Position numbers and translations under genes: made by a program
The notes under the pieces: generated by a model
Databases searched by the model: none
Told to the model about the DNA's origin: nothing
The model's input: the letters and a program-made list of their open reading frames with translations, nothing else
Part shown: positions 38,101-51,400 of the stretch, in pieces
Layout of the letters: each line of letters starts with the position of its first letter
How positions within the stretch are numbered: position 1 is the stretch's first letter
NCBI GenBank assembly: GCA_000934665.2
Contig: KZ537996.1
Span: 186,001-250,000, forward strand
Origin: Catajapyx aquilonaris
Lineage: Eukaryota
Length of the DNA stretch: 64,000 bases
Direction: 5' to 3'

Positions 38101-39290
38101 TTTTCGAAGCACCTGCGTTTAGCTGACGGAATAGATACATTGACAAAAAGTATTTACGTCAACATGTATTCTATTATTGTACCGGTAGCGAACATTCCTC
38201 AGCACAGATATTTGTCTTTTCTTACTCCTCCTAAAATAAATCGCGTCCAACTTCATTAAATAGCAAAAGGCAAGAATCAGGAAGACCAGACAGGACAAAA
38301 AAAGTCATAGTTTTTTTTTTTTGGAAAGCCACAGAAAGTAGAAAAGAGTCTGAAGAAAATCTAGCAGCATTGCAGCAGATTGGCGAAATCCCTTTCATTC
38401 GTGTAATGCTGTTGACATTGGCGGGGTGCGAAAGGGGAAAAGGAAATCAAAGTGGAGACCCCCCTTGTGGGTCGTGAGTCGTGATTGGAGCCCGCGGTGG
38501 AGAATGGAACCGGGGCTGTTTTTCTTTGCGCCTTCGCCGTTTGTCTTCCCCAGATTGGCATTTGTGTTCGTTCCGGGATTGGGCCTACAGACAAAAGGGA
38601 AATAGGACTTTTTTTGCTTTCTCCCAAATCGAAAAGTCTTCTTATGATAGGCTCGCTTGCACTCGCCGCTCTCTCGTCGCGATCTTTTCTTCCATTTTTT
38701 TGGCCCTCCCTAAGGAATAAAACCTCATTTCCTACCAACAGCTGAACAAGTGAAATAAATGGTGTGCACGGGAGCTGCGGGGGAAAAAGTAGAAAAAGAA
38801 CAGAATGGAAGGAAACAGAAAAAAAAACTAGAACTGAATTAAAATTAATTGTTGGCAACCCCCACCGTTGTAATAAACAGGGCTGTGTGGAAATTATGAA
38901 ATACAGCTCAGAGAAGTTCCAATCTCGTATTCCGCACCAAGTCATATCAAGCACCATCAGGCCTAATATATAGAGGTAGAACTTCCTAACTAAACTTCAT
39001 TGCACACGGTTGGATAATCGATGGCTATAATGCAGAAGTTTCAGCGGGAGCCGGGAATTAACCCATATCTTTCCTTTCTCTGCAAGCCCGCATAAAGGCA
39101 CAGGTTCTGGCGAAACCTCCATAAATTGGCAAAGGCCCCTGTAGTGGGGCCCGGGAAAACAATACTATACATTATGCACACTTCTCACCATGCTATATAC
39201 TGCGCAACTAGTAGATTGTTTCTTACAAATTAATTTATAGCTTCCAATAATCCTCCTTCTTTCTGGCATCGCAGGGGGGAGGGAGGTATG

Positions 39291-39314
39291 GAGAGAGAGA
39301 GAGAGAGAGAGAGA
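39291..39314. repeat. (GA)12 microsatellite
   Basis: Direct reading. Confidence 0.95.
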
Positions 39315-40669
39315 TTCCGTATCACGAATTTCGACCCCCTGGAATTTCAGAATTTCCCCTTCCGCCATGTATTCCCATAAAGATCACTCTTCCCCAACTC
39401 TAAATCCAACTGTTTCCTGTATACAAGTACGGGGTATATAGTGAGCCCAGGCACTTTACGATCCTTGTGTGGCTTGCATATGAATTTATATTAATTGAAT
39501 TTTCGTGTACGGCCAGGAAAATCTTGACAAAAATTCACATTATCCTAATATAGTTGGCATATTATTATGAAGTTTCAATGAGTAAAACTTACGTTATTTT
39601 CAAATAAGAATGTGTATATCAAAAACAACCAAGTTACACCCAATCCAAATACATAATATAAAAAAACGGAAATTCAATAGAGTGACGTTTTAAAAGTGCC
39701 GATGAAATGTGAACAAATTTTAATTACATGGCGCATCAGATACTTTCTAATAAAACTTTCTTCAATATTATTTTGACAGGGGTCCACTTCATCACATCAA
39801 GAAGGTTTTTAAAACACTGCTCTATTTAATGGCGATGCAGAACGGTCAAATTTGAATGATTTCTTACAAGCAATTATCTTTAGAAATATACAACAATATG
39901 AAGAAAAATATAAGATTAAGTCCCCAATATATATGCAGTATAATTATGTATGTGGATCGTTCAGAAACATAGTCAAACTTGACCTTACTCAGAACAAGTT
40001 TTTAATTATACAGTATAGTATAGTATAGTATAGGCTACTGGTGTCACTGTCCTATCCGATTGAGGCCGTTGCGAGGGGGAAGGATTCCCCGCAGCAATGC
40101 CCAGAATCGAGTCGCAAGTGTCCGTCACTTGTAAACTGAGTGTTTGTTGTTTAAACTTGAGAGTGACTTCTCTCAGTGACACTTCTACAGTTGTTATATT
40201 TTTATTTATTGTGTTAGTTCTGCTCAAGAAATGGTAGTAGTCATGAGTGTTTCATTAGACGCACAGCTAATGATGCAGGTTCAAACTTGTTCAGTATATT
40301 GTTACAGACGTTTGAATTTTCTCTAAGAAAAAAATGGCTGCGGATTCACTTTCCGAAGACGATAAGATTAATTCGCGTATACTGATTAGTGTTATGGAGT
40401 TATTTATTGTCTTTAATATACTTAGAAAATATATAATAAATAATGTCGACATAGAAATATAAGCATATTGTTTTACTTTCCTTGCCTGAGGGTAGGAGGG
40501 ACACTCGAGGCAAATGCACCACATTTGCACAAGTAAACAATGTGTGTGGATTTTGTTCGTTTTGTTGAGGTGTAGTTTTCTGAATCCCCATACGTATTTA
40601 AAGCGAGGTTACATGGCAAAGGGTTATCATGGAAATCATGGCAACAATAAATGATTGTTGTTGATTACA

Positions 40670-40790
40670 ACCCCTTCTTTGTATGGCCTGTTTGTATGGT
40701 AATGTAGCCTAATCAATGCAATCATGTTGATATCATGGCACCATTGATATTGCTGAATGTCATTGGTTCCATGGCAATGTAATCAACAGC
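40670..40790 (+). repeat. Diverged copy of the interior of the 21773-22203 element
   Basis: Shared blocks in the same order: GGCCTGTTT.TAT.GTAATGTA, AATCAT(T)GTTGATA.CAT, CACCATTGAT, TATTG.TGA.TGTCATTG..CCATG. No TIR seen. Confidence 0.65.
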
Positions 40791-41049
40791 TGCTATTATA
40801 TAGCCATAGACTACATGATACATTGTCCTAGAATCCCATACAGGGGACGGCCCTTTTCTTGATGTAAACAAGCATTCCATTAAATGTTTTATCTCAATTG
40901 TTGGGTTTTGAGAACTATTATGAACTATTTACCAATATTTCAAAAATCAAACAAAAAAATCAGGCATATATGTGGGTTAATACCATTTCAGCATGAGATA
41001 CCTCAGTTAATGAGAAATAAAATGACGTGACCATGTGCTGGATGTTCCT

Positions 41050-41433
41050 TCCCTTATTTGGATCCACATAATTATCTGGAATCATGGCCTCAATTCACCA
41101 TGACTTGTTGTTGCACATTAGCTTTCGGAAAGAACTGTATTGGCGGAGAAGGGTTCCAATTACCGCGTATGTGAATCAACCAGATATCCACACATTTTGA
41201 AAAATGCAAATTCTCATGCATTACACGAAGAATGTTGCTTCATGCAAAAAAATATGTTTCCTAAGAGATATTTTGATAGATAAACTTACAACAAGACCGA
41301 TGCACTGAAAGAAAACAGATTCTTGAGCTGCACTTCCAGACAAGAAGCACAAAACTGCTCATATTTCTTATTCGGTCCCTGTGCTGTGAGCCACTATGGT
41401 CATTAACGTGAAATAAATATGCAAGGTACCCTG
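41050..41433 (-). pseudogene. Highly decayed Tc1/mariner transposase 5' half
   Basis: Terminus TA|CAGGGTAC on the minus strand at 41433. Frameshifted fragments GSAAQ, *ETYF, ILRVMHENLH, QQQVMVN and AMIPDNYVDP follow in the order I recall for GNA.AA, RETGSF, RILHE, QRFSVNVWAGI..D.LIGP. By-eye match only. Confidence 0.45.
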
Positions 41434-44047
41434 TAGCTCAGGTCAGTACTGCCCAACATCTGGTATGAACTAAAATTAGGCTTGTGAGTCCCAAGTTAGA
41501 TTTTGTTTGTTATATTGATACAATATTTTTCACTGATGCGTAGTTTGGCAGAATTCAATAAAATGGTAATGGGCATCTTTGGATGTGACAAATGTTCTGC
41601 ACAAAAATGCAACGCCCACATAACCCAGCACAAGCTAAAATATATTACTAGCTCTAAATGTCTAATAATGATGATGTTGGTCCAGCCTTATACAGGATCC
41701 TACAGGGTCATTCTTGGATCACGTTCTCCTGATAATATTTCGTCATTTATAATTTTCAAAATGAAGTTTTAGAAAGAAAGAAGATTTAGGGACATCAAGT
41801 AGCTACAGGTTGTGCCCACTTAATGCTCCGGTTCTTTCCAACTCTGGGAACCTGCAGATTGCTTGGATTTTAGCACACTGCAGTGTTTCAAAACTAATGG
41901 CAATCTACACATGATGATTGTGTTCCAGATTAAATTTTCATAAGCCATCGTGAGATGAAAATAATTATTTAAGAAAGCACACAGTAAGCCTTGCATTACA
42001 TATTTTATTTTAATTAAATGCAAGCCAGTATGCATTGAAAATTTAGTGTACACAAAAGTACCGACTGTTGTCAGTGTATTGTATTATTACAACCCTCCCC
42101 GATTCACTTGTAACTTGGCCTCATTCGACGTGACCCTCATTAACTTTTCTCGTCAAAGAAGAACTATTGTGTGTGTCACAGCAACTGTGCAATAAAAAAT
42201 AACTAGTACAGAAAATACAAAAATAATTTAACTATTTTTCAAAAGAATTCTGCTACACCGCTTGCCTAGTGCAAACTTTATTTTTTTACACTCTGCTAAC
42301 CATCGCGTGTCTTGTACTGTATGCAGGCATTATGTGTCCCACGATGTTCTCTGCCCATTGTTTTGTGTGTATATTTCTCCATTAGAATTAATGAGTTTTC
42401 CACGGTTTTTAAAGTCCAAACAGCATGGCAGTGTGTAGCTTATTTGTGATTCACGCATGGCTTCCCATTTTCATTTTTTCACCTTCAAGCACTAGCCCTC
42501 AATAGACAACACACAGTTTATTTAAAAAATCAAAACTGAATAGTCCTCCAAAATATATGGTTATCTGTTACATTTCGCTTCAGCTAATCACACTCAGTCG
42601 AATGTTCCCCAAATAATGTTTCTGAAATTTCTAAAAATTTGCATTACAAAAAATTTTATTACCTGATTATTGTCTATACCGCTTTGGCGGAAAAGGTTTT
42701 AAGTTCCACTTCATACAGTAATCCTGTAAATGTGTATAAAATGTGAAACCAAGAAATATTGGTCGCATATTATGCATGGTGCTGGTTCAGACCAACTTTC
42801 CAGTCAATAAGGGCAATGATAACAAATACGATGGTAAATATAAGAAAGCGGGTGGTAGGCTATAGAAAGTATATGCATGAAGGCTATAGGGGCGGGGGTG
42901 GTGCAGAAGTAAGCGCATTAGCAGGTAGTGAAGAGGCAGGGAAATGAAGGGGGGCCTCTGGTTTGGGGTAGGATGCGAGCTAGCTGGCCCCAAAGTGCCA
43001 TAGAGAGAGCCGCAGCCAGATTATTGTGACGTTCACCCATGAGGCCAACTGTCGCTGATACGCCGGCCTAATCTCTTTAAGCACGGGGGTCCCTCCCGCT
43101 GATTTGCATGTCCTCTGCTGGATTCCCAGAAACCAATTCCGTTTGAAAGTAATTTTCTAAAACTTAACTCAGGAGCCCCCTAATGAGGTTTTGTAACTCT
43201 CAGCGATATTAGCTTAACTCGGGGGTGTTTCCCGTGATTTACATTTGCAATCTTCGTCGCACCATTGTCTAATGAAAAGAGCGTTTAACTAGCGCACTAA
43301 ATTATTTCTTAATGAAATCCGGTGAAATATTTATCAACGGGGAATTCATCCTGAGAATTACAGCAGGCTAGAGTCATGCATTAGCAGGGAATTCATGAAA
43401 TGAGGAGACCGGCGCGAATAGAGAAACACAAGAACCTGCTATGCCTATATACACACAACAAAGACCTCGCATGCAACGAGCACTTTCTTTACCCTCCACG
43501 CATTACACTGAGTTTCGAAGAAAAAAAAACAACAACAGAGAGCTGCCCCCCCAAAAAATGGTAGTGCTTCCCCAGAACGCAATGGGGCTTGGAAACAAAC
43601 TGCGTTAAGAGAAGGAAAATAGGCAAGGACTTTTTCATTTCCTTTTTTTTTCAGAAAAAAAGAATGAGCAAAAATGCGAAACAATCCAGTTTGGCCTCCC
43701 TCTAGTAAAAAAAATATAGTATATCGGGCTAAGTTGAGAATTTACCTCAAGCATTGCATATTTAGAGGCGCGGTAGGGAAAACAGCCGCCTAATGGTCCC
43801 CGGAGTTGCAGGAAGAATGGGGCCGCACTGGAACTAACTCGCTCGGCCACATCTAATAAATCGCATGCTGATTTATACCCGGTCATTTGGGCGCCCTAAG
43901 TTTGGGCATTACTTTGACAAGACGCTCCCTAACTTTGCTCTTAGCAAATGGCGCTGAATTGCTGCCGCGCCAAACTTTCCGTCATTCTCTTGCTTGCACC
44001 TCTTCACTTAAATCGACCTACCCTTTTTGGGGTGAGGGGGGGGGGGG

Positions 44048-44140
44048 NNNNNNNNNNNNNNNNNNNNNNNNNNNNNNNNNNNNNNNNNNNNNNNNNNNNN
44101 NNNNNNNNNNNNNNNNNNNNNNNNNNNNNNNNNNNNNNNN
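44048..44140. other. Assembly gap inside a poly-G tract
   Basis: 93 N flanked by G runs on both sides. Single Ns at 25289, 33723 and 55981 also lie in or near G/C runs. Confidence 0.98.
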
Positions 44141-45984
44141 GGGGGGGGGGGGGGGGGTTGGGGAGGGAAACAAACGATTAGGCTGTTCGGTTATTTAGAT
44201 CCACATCGGTGGCTCCATCATTGCCATTTACCAGCTTGAGATAAGACTTGCCTATGGCCCGATAAGCGCTCCTATGGCGCTGCCTCTTCGCCGAATGGCA
44301 TATGGATGTCACTGTGAGGTCAGGTGAGGTCAAGAGGAAAACGGGGCTGATATGGGGGCGACGCCGGAAAAGGTGTTGGTTATTGCTCGTCCCAGATTGC
44401 ACTCCAATACTGAAGGAAATTATCCAGCTCCCGGGTATACTCATTACCGTTAAAAGCGGTTAAAAATTTCTTGCAAATAAACACGGCACATTGCGCGCAT
44501 TAATTTGACCTAAAGGTGCCGCCAAATGGGCCGAATATGGGTGGGTTAAAAAAACAACAACAAAGACTCCCCAAATGTGGGTGTTTAAAAAAAAGACCAA
44601 CAAAGGCTCCAAATGCGAGTAAAGCACGGAGCCGCTTTCCTTATTACCGTCCGACACTTTTTGGCTGCCTTATCTCCTTTGTGTATCTTCATATTCATAA
44701 CAGCAATGCTTTCAACTCGCTACTACTTCCCCCTGCATGCATCTCTAACATCAATGTCACTCTTTTACGAGCCCCATGTATTGTAGCCTCGATTATATTC
44801 GGGTAATTGTTTACAGTAGCCATGCTATCGCAGTAAACTTTTTATGGGCAAATAAAATTAGGTTAAGAGGCCATTAAATCGTAACGTATCGTGTTTAGCC
44901 ATATGTTGTTAGACTCTACCTGAGAGAATTACTATCACACACAATGAGCGGAAAAGAGACTGAGTGGCCGTGTTCTCGCCGTTTGTCTTGCGGTCCAGAC
45001 TCGTTAAATCCTTCACCTTGGCGGCCTCTTTACATCACTCGAATGGACCGTAAAAACAAAGCTTTAGATTCCAACCACTCCTTACTCTAGAAAAGGAGAA
45101 AAATGAGAAGCACTTTTAATAATAGGTTATACACTCTGTGGCCACCCACACACACACACACACACAAAAAGAAGTTGGTCTCGCTTTTTTTTTGAGCGAG
45201 AAGCGTTGCGATATTCTACCCCCGCTTTTTCCCCCCCAAAATAGATAATGAGTTACGCGATAACGGCTTTTTTCCCCCTGCCTCTCCCAAAATTACTTCT
45301 CTAATTTCAGTCATTAACTTGATTAGAACACGTTGCGGCTTTGGAATTATGAGTGGCACGGTCAAATTAGAAACGTAGGTCCCCATGCCCCATTTGGGGC
45401 ACAATGTGCGAGCTAATCGAAAATATCACCGGGGGATTAAATTTCTTAGTCAGTTAATGCCGCATAAAACTTAACGAAACATAAAAATGTGATAACAGTG
45501 ATGCGGGTAGGCCTACTTTACCGCTGGACTTAACTTAGCGAGTGTTTACTAACAGACGAACAAGTGTTTTGGTCGTAAAATGTGCTGGACATATGGAATG
45601 TTTTGAAAACATTGGGTGGTTAATTAAGCCTACGGTTTACGTTTCGTATGTTTATTGACGAAGATAATATTTGATAAATAATGGAAAATGTAGTGTTCCA
45701 TGTATTTCCTTAGTTCTCTTAGACATACACAGAATATTGACATACCGTATGTTGTATGTGAGAAATAACTTTGTACATCTGTGAAATTTTCCGTGGTAAT
45801 ATTTGACTGGAGTGCGTTACGAACTTTTTTTAAAAACAGTACCCCATTCTCAGGCCTCGGGCCCTTATTAGGGGAGTGGAATGCCACTATTTTTGGAACC
45901 ATATAATGTATATATGTTAATTGTTCCAAGGGTAAACTTGTAGGAGGGGATGTGCAAGTGCAATGTCGTATATTGGTCATTTGG

Positions 45985-46150
45985 TGAACTCCCCAGGGTG
46001 GATTAGTCTAGCGGAAATTTCCACCCGAGACGAAGCCAGAGATGGCCCAACTCTGCACGAGATGAAGGGGGGAACCCCGGGGTGGGATAGAACCCGGGAC
46101 CTTAACATCCGTGGGCGCGAGCGTTACCGCAGCACCACTCCGCCTCCCTC
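45985..46150 (-). mobile_element. tRNA-derived SINE, family B, longer copy
   Basis: Minus strand reads GAGGGAGGCGGAGTGGTGCTGCGGTAACG...GGTCCCGGGTTCTATCCC...CTTCATCTCGTGCAGAGT and matches 16493-16585. The 3' boundary is a guess; no tail or TSD seen. Confidence 0.78.
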
Positions 46151-48430
46151 GAACATTGTAATATTTAAATTATCATGCTAAACCTGACAAAATGATTAGA
46201 TTTTCCGGTTGTTGCGACTTTATAAATATTTTCGGTGCATTGTGTTGTAATATTTTGTTTAGGTGCTGTACATACCTGGAAGCTACTGTAGGCCTATACC
46301 TTAACACTAATTGCGTATTTCCAATTGCAATGAAATTTGTAAGATTATTTTGTGCATCATTCGACACAACATTCACATCCTTTGCACCATTCTGTATCAC
46401 TGGAGCTTATTTTGCGCCCTGACTCGTCCTTGCCACTCATTCACTTGCGGCGTTATTTTTACCCATGAGTGCCACATCAAATTAGAACAATGTCATTTCT
46501 ATTAATAAGACCTGTAATCAACGGTGATACAATGTAACCAGATAGCCGAGAATATATTACGACACTCTGCCTATTTCATTGCTATAATTACAAAGTATAT
46601 ACGGTCATATTAATTCTACGTATATGAACATCAAACAATACGTCCCATTGTATGTCTCTCTCTTCTACTGTGTTTCACCATAATTTTCATGACCTTTGTA
46701 AACTTTAATTGCTGCCCTTTGAATCTCTCACCTTTGGATGAACCGGCTTTGATCTCGCCATTTCAAGCGGTAACATCTGAACATTTTGAGACATTCTTCC
46801 ATGTCGTAAACGCCCATCCTAAATTGATACCAGTTTAATAAAGCCCGTGAAGCGTCGCATAACCAATGACTCATCCAAAAAATTAATAATCAGTGGGGGA
46901 AAGTGTTATACGTTACGCATAATAAAAATTTAATTACCCGTGTAATTTTGGGAGCATCATTGTAATATTTTTCATTTTTCATTTCAGACCAAAGCGCCAT
47001 CTTGAGAGAAAGAGGAGTCGGCCTGATTCAACTTTCCCTTTCCTTTACCACCAACCATGGCCATTCTCTGGAAGGCCAGTAGGAGTGGTTTTCTCCAGCA
47101 ACACCACCTTTTGGGCACGTACGTTGCCCCCTTCTTGCACTGGCTGCCTTCTTACATGCATTGGCCGTCATCTCCAAGATTACTTGGATTTACAAACCTC
47201 TTGCTGGTAAATAAATGAGATGGATGACTTTGTAAATTGCGCATAAATTCTCGGCATATCTTCGAGCAGCGTTTGGCTTGAAATTATTATATACAGACCA
47301 GGATAAGGTAGGAGGGCAGCGTCCAAAAAAAACCTTAATTGTCACCTTGTCAGAGAAAAATTCTGGTTTTATATAGGTTTGAGCCTCTTCCCTCCCACTG
47401 TTAATAAATGGGGTACCTTTTACAGAGGTCACTTGGCCTACTCGTACATCGTCCAGTCGGACTTTGTTGCCTTGCCGGTATTTTTTACCTGCATGGTTTT
47501 TTTTCCACTAGGTAAAAGCACTGTTGAAGAAATCATCCTGTACAGTGTTTGTTGCTTTTGTTCTGTTTCAGCTGATGTGTTTTGCTGATTAAAAGCATAT
47601 TTCACACTGGCTTTCTTTTTCGACCCTCATAATGATTAAGCAAATTTAGCAGAAATCTGCGATAACACCAATTGAAATAAAGCTGCACACATTATTCGCG
47701 CTGGTTCCTAAGAGCTCCTATCCTCCGCCCCCAAATCCTCATGATTAGGGGAGGGCTCTTATATGGACGATACCGTCATATAAAAATGCAAATGACTCTA
47801 CCCCACCCTTCCCAATCGATTCCACAAAACCATGGACCATTCATTTCCTCCCTTTAGGATTCTCTATAGCATTCTAACAAATATATTCCGGTCCTTACAC
47901 CGCACTGTAACTATGAGGATGTGAAATTTTGGTCTAGGCTTACCTTAAAACTGACCAAAATATTCCAGATTCAGAGCAACATTTTCCTTTTCAGGCAGTC
48001 AGTAGTTTATAAAAACACGTTTAAATACAATAATAATGGCAATAGCAGACTTGCACAAAGAAGAGGGTACTCCATCCCCAACATGCATAATTATGTCCAG
48101 TAAGTTGTTTCAGATGTGACATTAAAGTAGCTGTCATACTTGCTGTCATATAACTTTTTGTGTCAAGTTTAATTTACACCATGTACATTGTGAAAGTTCT
48201 TTTTTACCAAGTAGAACCTCTTACCTAAAGCCATTTCCTAATGTCCAATCTCACAAACTATGGTGTATTTTTTTTAAATCCTTGATTACAGCATTTCTTA
48301 ATGGTTCAGTTTTAGATATTCAATCAGAAATAAAAAATGTGTGATTTAATTTTGTAAACTGTACATTTCACTGTTTTTTTGTTTATGTAGGGGGTAAGCT
48401 CTCCTTATACTTGGAACTCTCAATGGGTGG

Positions 48431-48490
<60 letters not shown>
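48431..48490. repeat. (ATT)20 microsatellite
   Basis: Perfect trinucleotide run. Confidence 0.98.
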
Positions 48491-48491
<1 letters not shown>

Positions 48492-51400
48492 CCTTCGTAG
48501 CAGGAATATTGTTAAGTTTGAGAGAAGGCATAACACGTGCAAAATAAATTTTATGATCACATACCACTAATACCTGTACTACAAAAATTATAATGATATT
48601 TGTCGTCAATGCTCATTTTTGTTATCGCGAAACTCTTTTCTTTTGGCAAAACCTTTCCGGCACACTTATCATAATTATACAACCCTGAGCCAATTAAAAA
48701 CAAACAAACAAATTCGCCGCATAAACCTTCCTTTCCGGCTAAGCCGAGCGTGTATTTAGCCGTCCGTCGCCAAATTGCAAGAAAATTTCGCGAACGATTT
48801 GTGCTCGTCTGGCCTATCAGCAAATTATCAATCCTCACATTTTGAAGGTCAGACGAGAGAAACAAGCGCCGGTAAGTTTGAGAGAATTATAGCTTCTTTA
48901 TTATACTAACGGTATTATTGGTAATTTAAAATTTAATAAAAATAAATCCACGAGGCGAGTAAATGCATCGACCTGCGGTATACTGCAGTAGTCAAACATC
49001 CTGTACATCGGATAAGCATATAATTACGGCAAGCGAAGCGAGCTGAAGAAATTGTATTTTCCACGTCTCGTTACTCTGGTTCCTTTTTCTAGATTTCCTT
49101 CTTCCGATTTCTAGATTAACAAGAAATCGGGTACAGCATGGCATGCACATTTGCAGTCCTTAAAATGTCACTTTATTTATTGCACCTGTTCCCATAATTA
49201 TGTCCATATGGTATAGGATAACGAGGGCACTGGCTTTCCAGACTAACAAGTATATAATTTATTTGTATGTACAGTACTTTACTACATAGATTGACAGGAA
49301 ATATTTGAAACCTGCAATATTTGATTATGCAAGCTAAAAAAAATACCAACGTGTATCATATTCCCCCACATTGCTCTATTAATTACATAACAGCTCGTAT
49401 AGGCTATAGCTGCTGGTCAAGGGATCGAATTGGATCCAGGGTCATTCCACTGGATCTAATAAGAACCGTAATTGGTATCTTATAATGAGACGCAAACGTG
49501 ACACTCACGCAAAAAGACAATGCAAATAAACTCTCTTGGGTAATCAAGCTGGATCGTATCATGTAATAATTATCCACTTCAATTAACACGTCATCTAAGG
49601 CAACTTTTTTCTGGACATTTTGCAGACTTGTGTTGCTGACATTGATCTACTACCCACCATCTCCATTGCTGACGCTCTAAATGAGCCCTACAAGAAAATT
49701 TCCCTTGCTTACAGCACTCCTTGTGGTCAATTAAGACATTCGCTACAACAAACATTATTAGAAGAAACACCCGTCATGTAGTAAAAGTTTGGCCAGGGTG
49801 GAACTTTAGAGAGGTCAAACTCCCCAATGCCCAAAATACACATCGGCAGCCTTGTTTATTGTGTCTGGTCGCAACTGAAACTGGAAGCTTCCATTTATAC
49901 TCTAAGTGAGGGAGAGGGGAAATGGAAGAGAAGAGAAGAATGGAATGGGCTGCAAAATTATTCCCCAGACTCCCAGAGTAGTCCACCCTAGGTTAGTCGA
50001 CGGTTTGGTCCGCAAGACTTGAGCCAATTTGGGCCGCTTTTCATTCACTCTTGCTTCAGAGTCAGGCTGGCCTGAGAAAGAAAAGAACCAGAGCACGCCA
50101 ATGGTAGGACTCCTCAAGTGTTCCCACACGTGACACCAAACCTAACTTGCAACTTCGAAACTCCTTGGGGCTGAAAATAATTGGCTAAATGGGGCAATCG
50201 GAGCCGCAGGGACTTAATTGCAGTCTTTCACACAGCCCATAAGGGGGCTTCGATTGGCTTTTGAGCGCCGGCAAAAATTCATCTGCAGCCCATAACAAAG
50301 ATCTTTTTTATAAACTTCATAACCATTTTGAGAAGACTGGATGGGAAGCTCAGGAATGGCGTTGCTGCGGGTGGTGCCGTGGGGGAGAACAAAATGGCTG
50401 CTGGCGTCAGGGACTGATTGGAACAATGCGGGGGACCATGGGTGAAAGGAAATGGGGACACGGGAGCTGATCCCCCGTGGTCTTTTTTTTCTAGGGAAGG
50501 GGACGATACTGTCTGTCCCCTTGCCAAATGTCTCACTCACCGGCTCTAGCCTGCTACCAAACGTTTGCTTTGGCTCTTTATGGAGACCCCTTCCCTCTTC
50601 TCTTCATCCATTTTCTTCCACTCAAAAAACGCTCTTCGCATATCACTTCCCCCACCTCCTCCCCATATCCTTTCTCCTCCAATGCTTTCTTTGTCAACCT
50701 GCAAATCTACTTCGTCTTCTGCATCTCATAGTCTCGTTGTTCTCGACCCTCCTTATTCCATAAAAAGAAGCCACTCTTTGTCGCCATGCAGCCCCAGGTT
50801 CAACTTCAGGGTAAGTTTAAATTTCCATATTCCACTGGGATTACTTCTGAACTTTACTTCATGCCGAATACCATTTGCGATTCCCCTCGTTTGTAAACAA
50901 GGCCTATAGCTACTATAATTTTTCTCCTCAATGTGCAGTATTTTATGCAAATAGCTACTGTTAGTCATTGAAAAGACATTCATATATACTTGCAGGGCCG
51001 GCTGTCTAGATCGAATGCATGATGTGGTTTTAAATGATGTTTTGACCAAAAAAAAGTGTCTGGATAGGCCTGATAAGTGGGGTAACGATGAGAGAAAGAT
51101 TGGTGTTGATTTCGACAGCGATCACTGGGCGGCAGCACCACTTGACGATGGTTTCCGGATAAGCCCTAGGCCCAGGGTAAGTGGGAAGGGGAGAGGAATG
51201 GATGGAGGGTAGAGGTTGGGGGAATGGGGGGTAGAAAGGGCGGGGAAATGGGGGAGGGTGGGTTAGAGAGAGAAAAGAGAGAGGCAGAGAGGAAAAATAA
51301 CAAGCCCATTTTCGCTATCCTACCTGAATTCAACGGAAAATTACAACCTTCTAGTCCACCAACTATTTTTTTTTATTAAATTGTAGGCCCCGCCGTGACA

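Noticed and set aside
38361..38957. Longest ORF (198 aa, minus strand)
   Set aside because: No recognisable domain; low-complexity purine/pyrimidine tracts keep several overlapping frames open.
46967..47215. Strong splice acceptor followed by ACCATGG and a short ORF
   Set aside because: No recognisable peptide and no partner exon; unsupported without RNA data.
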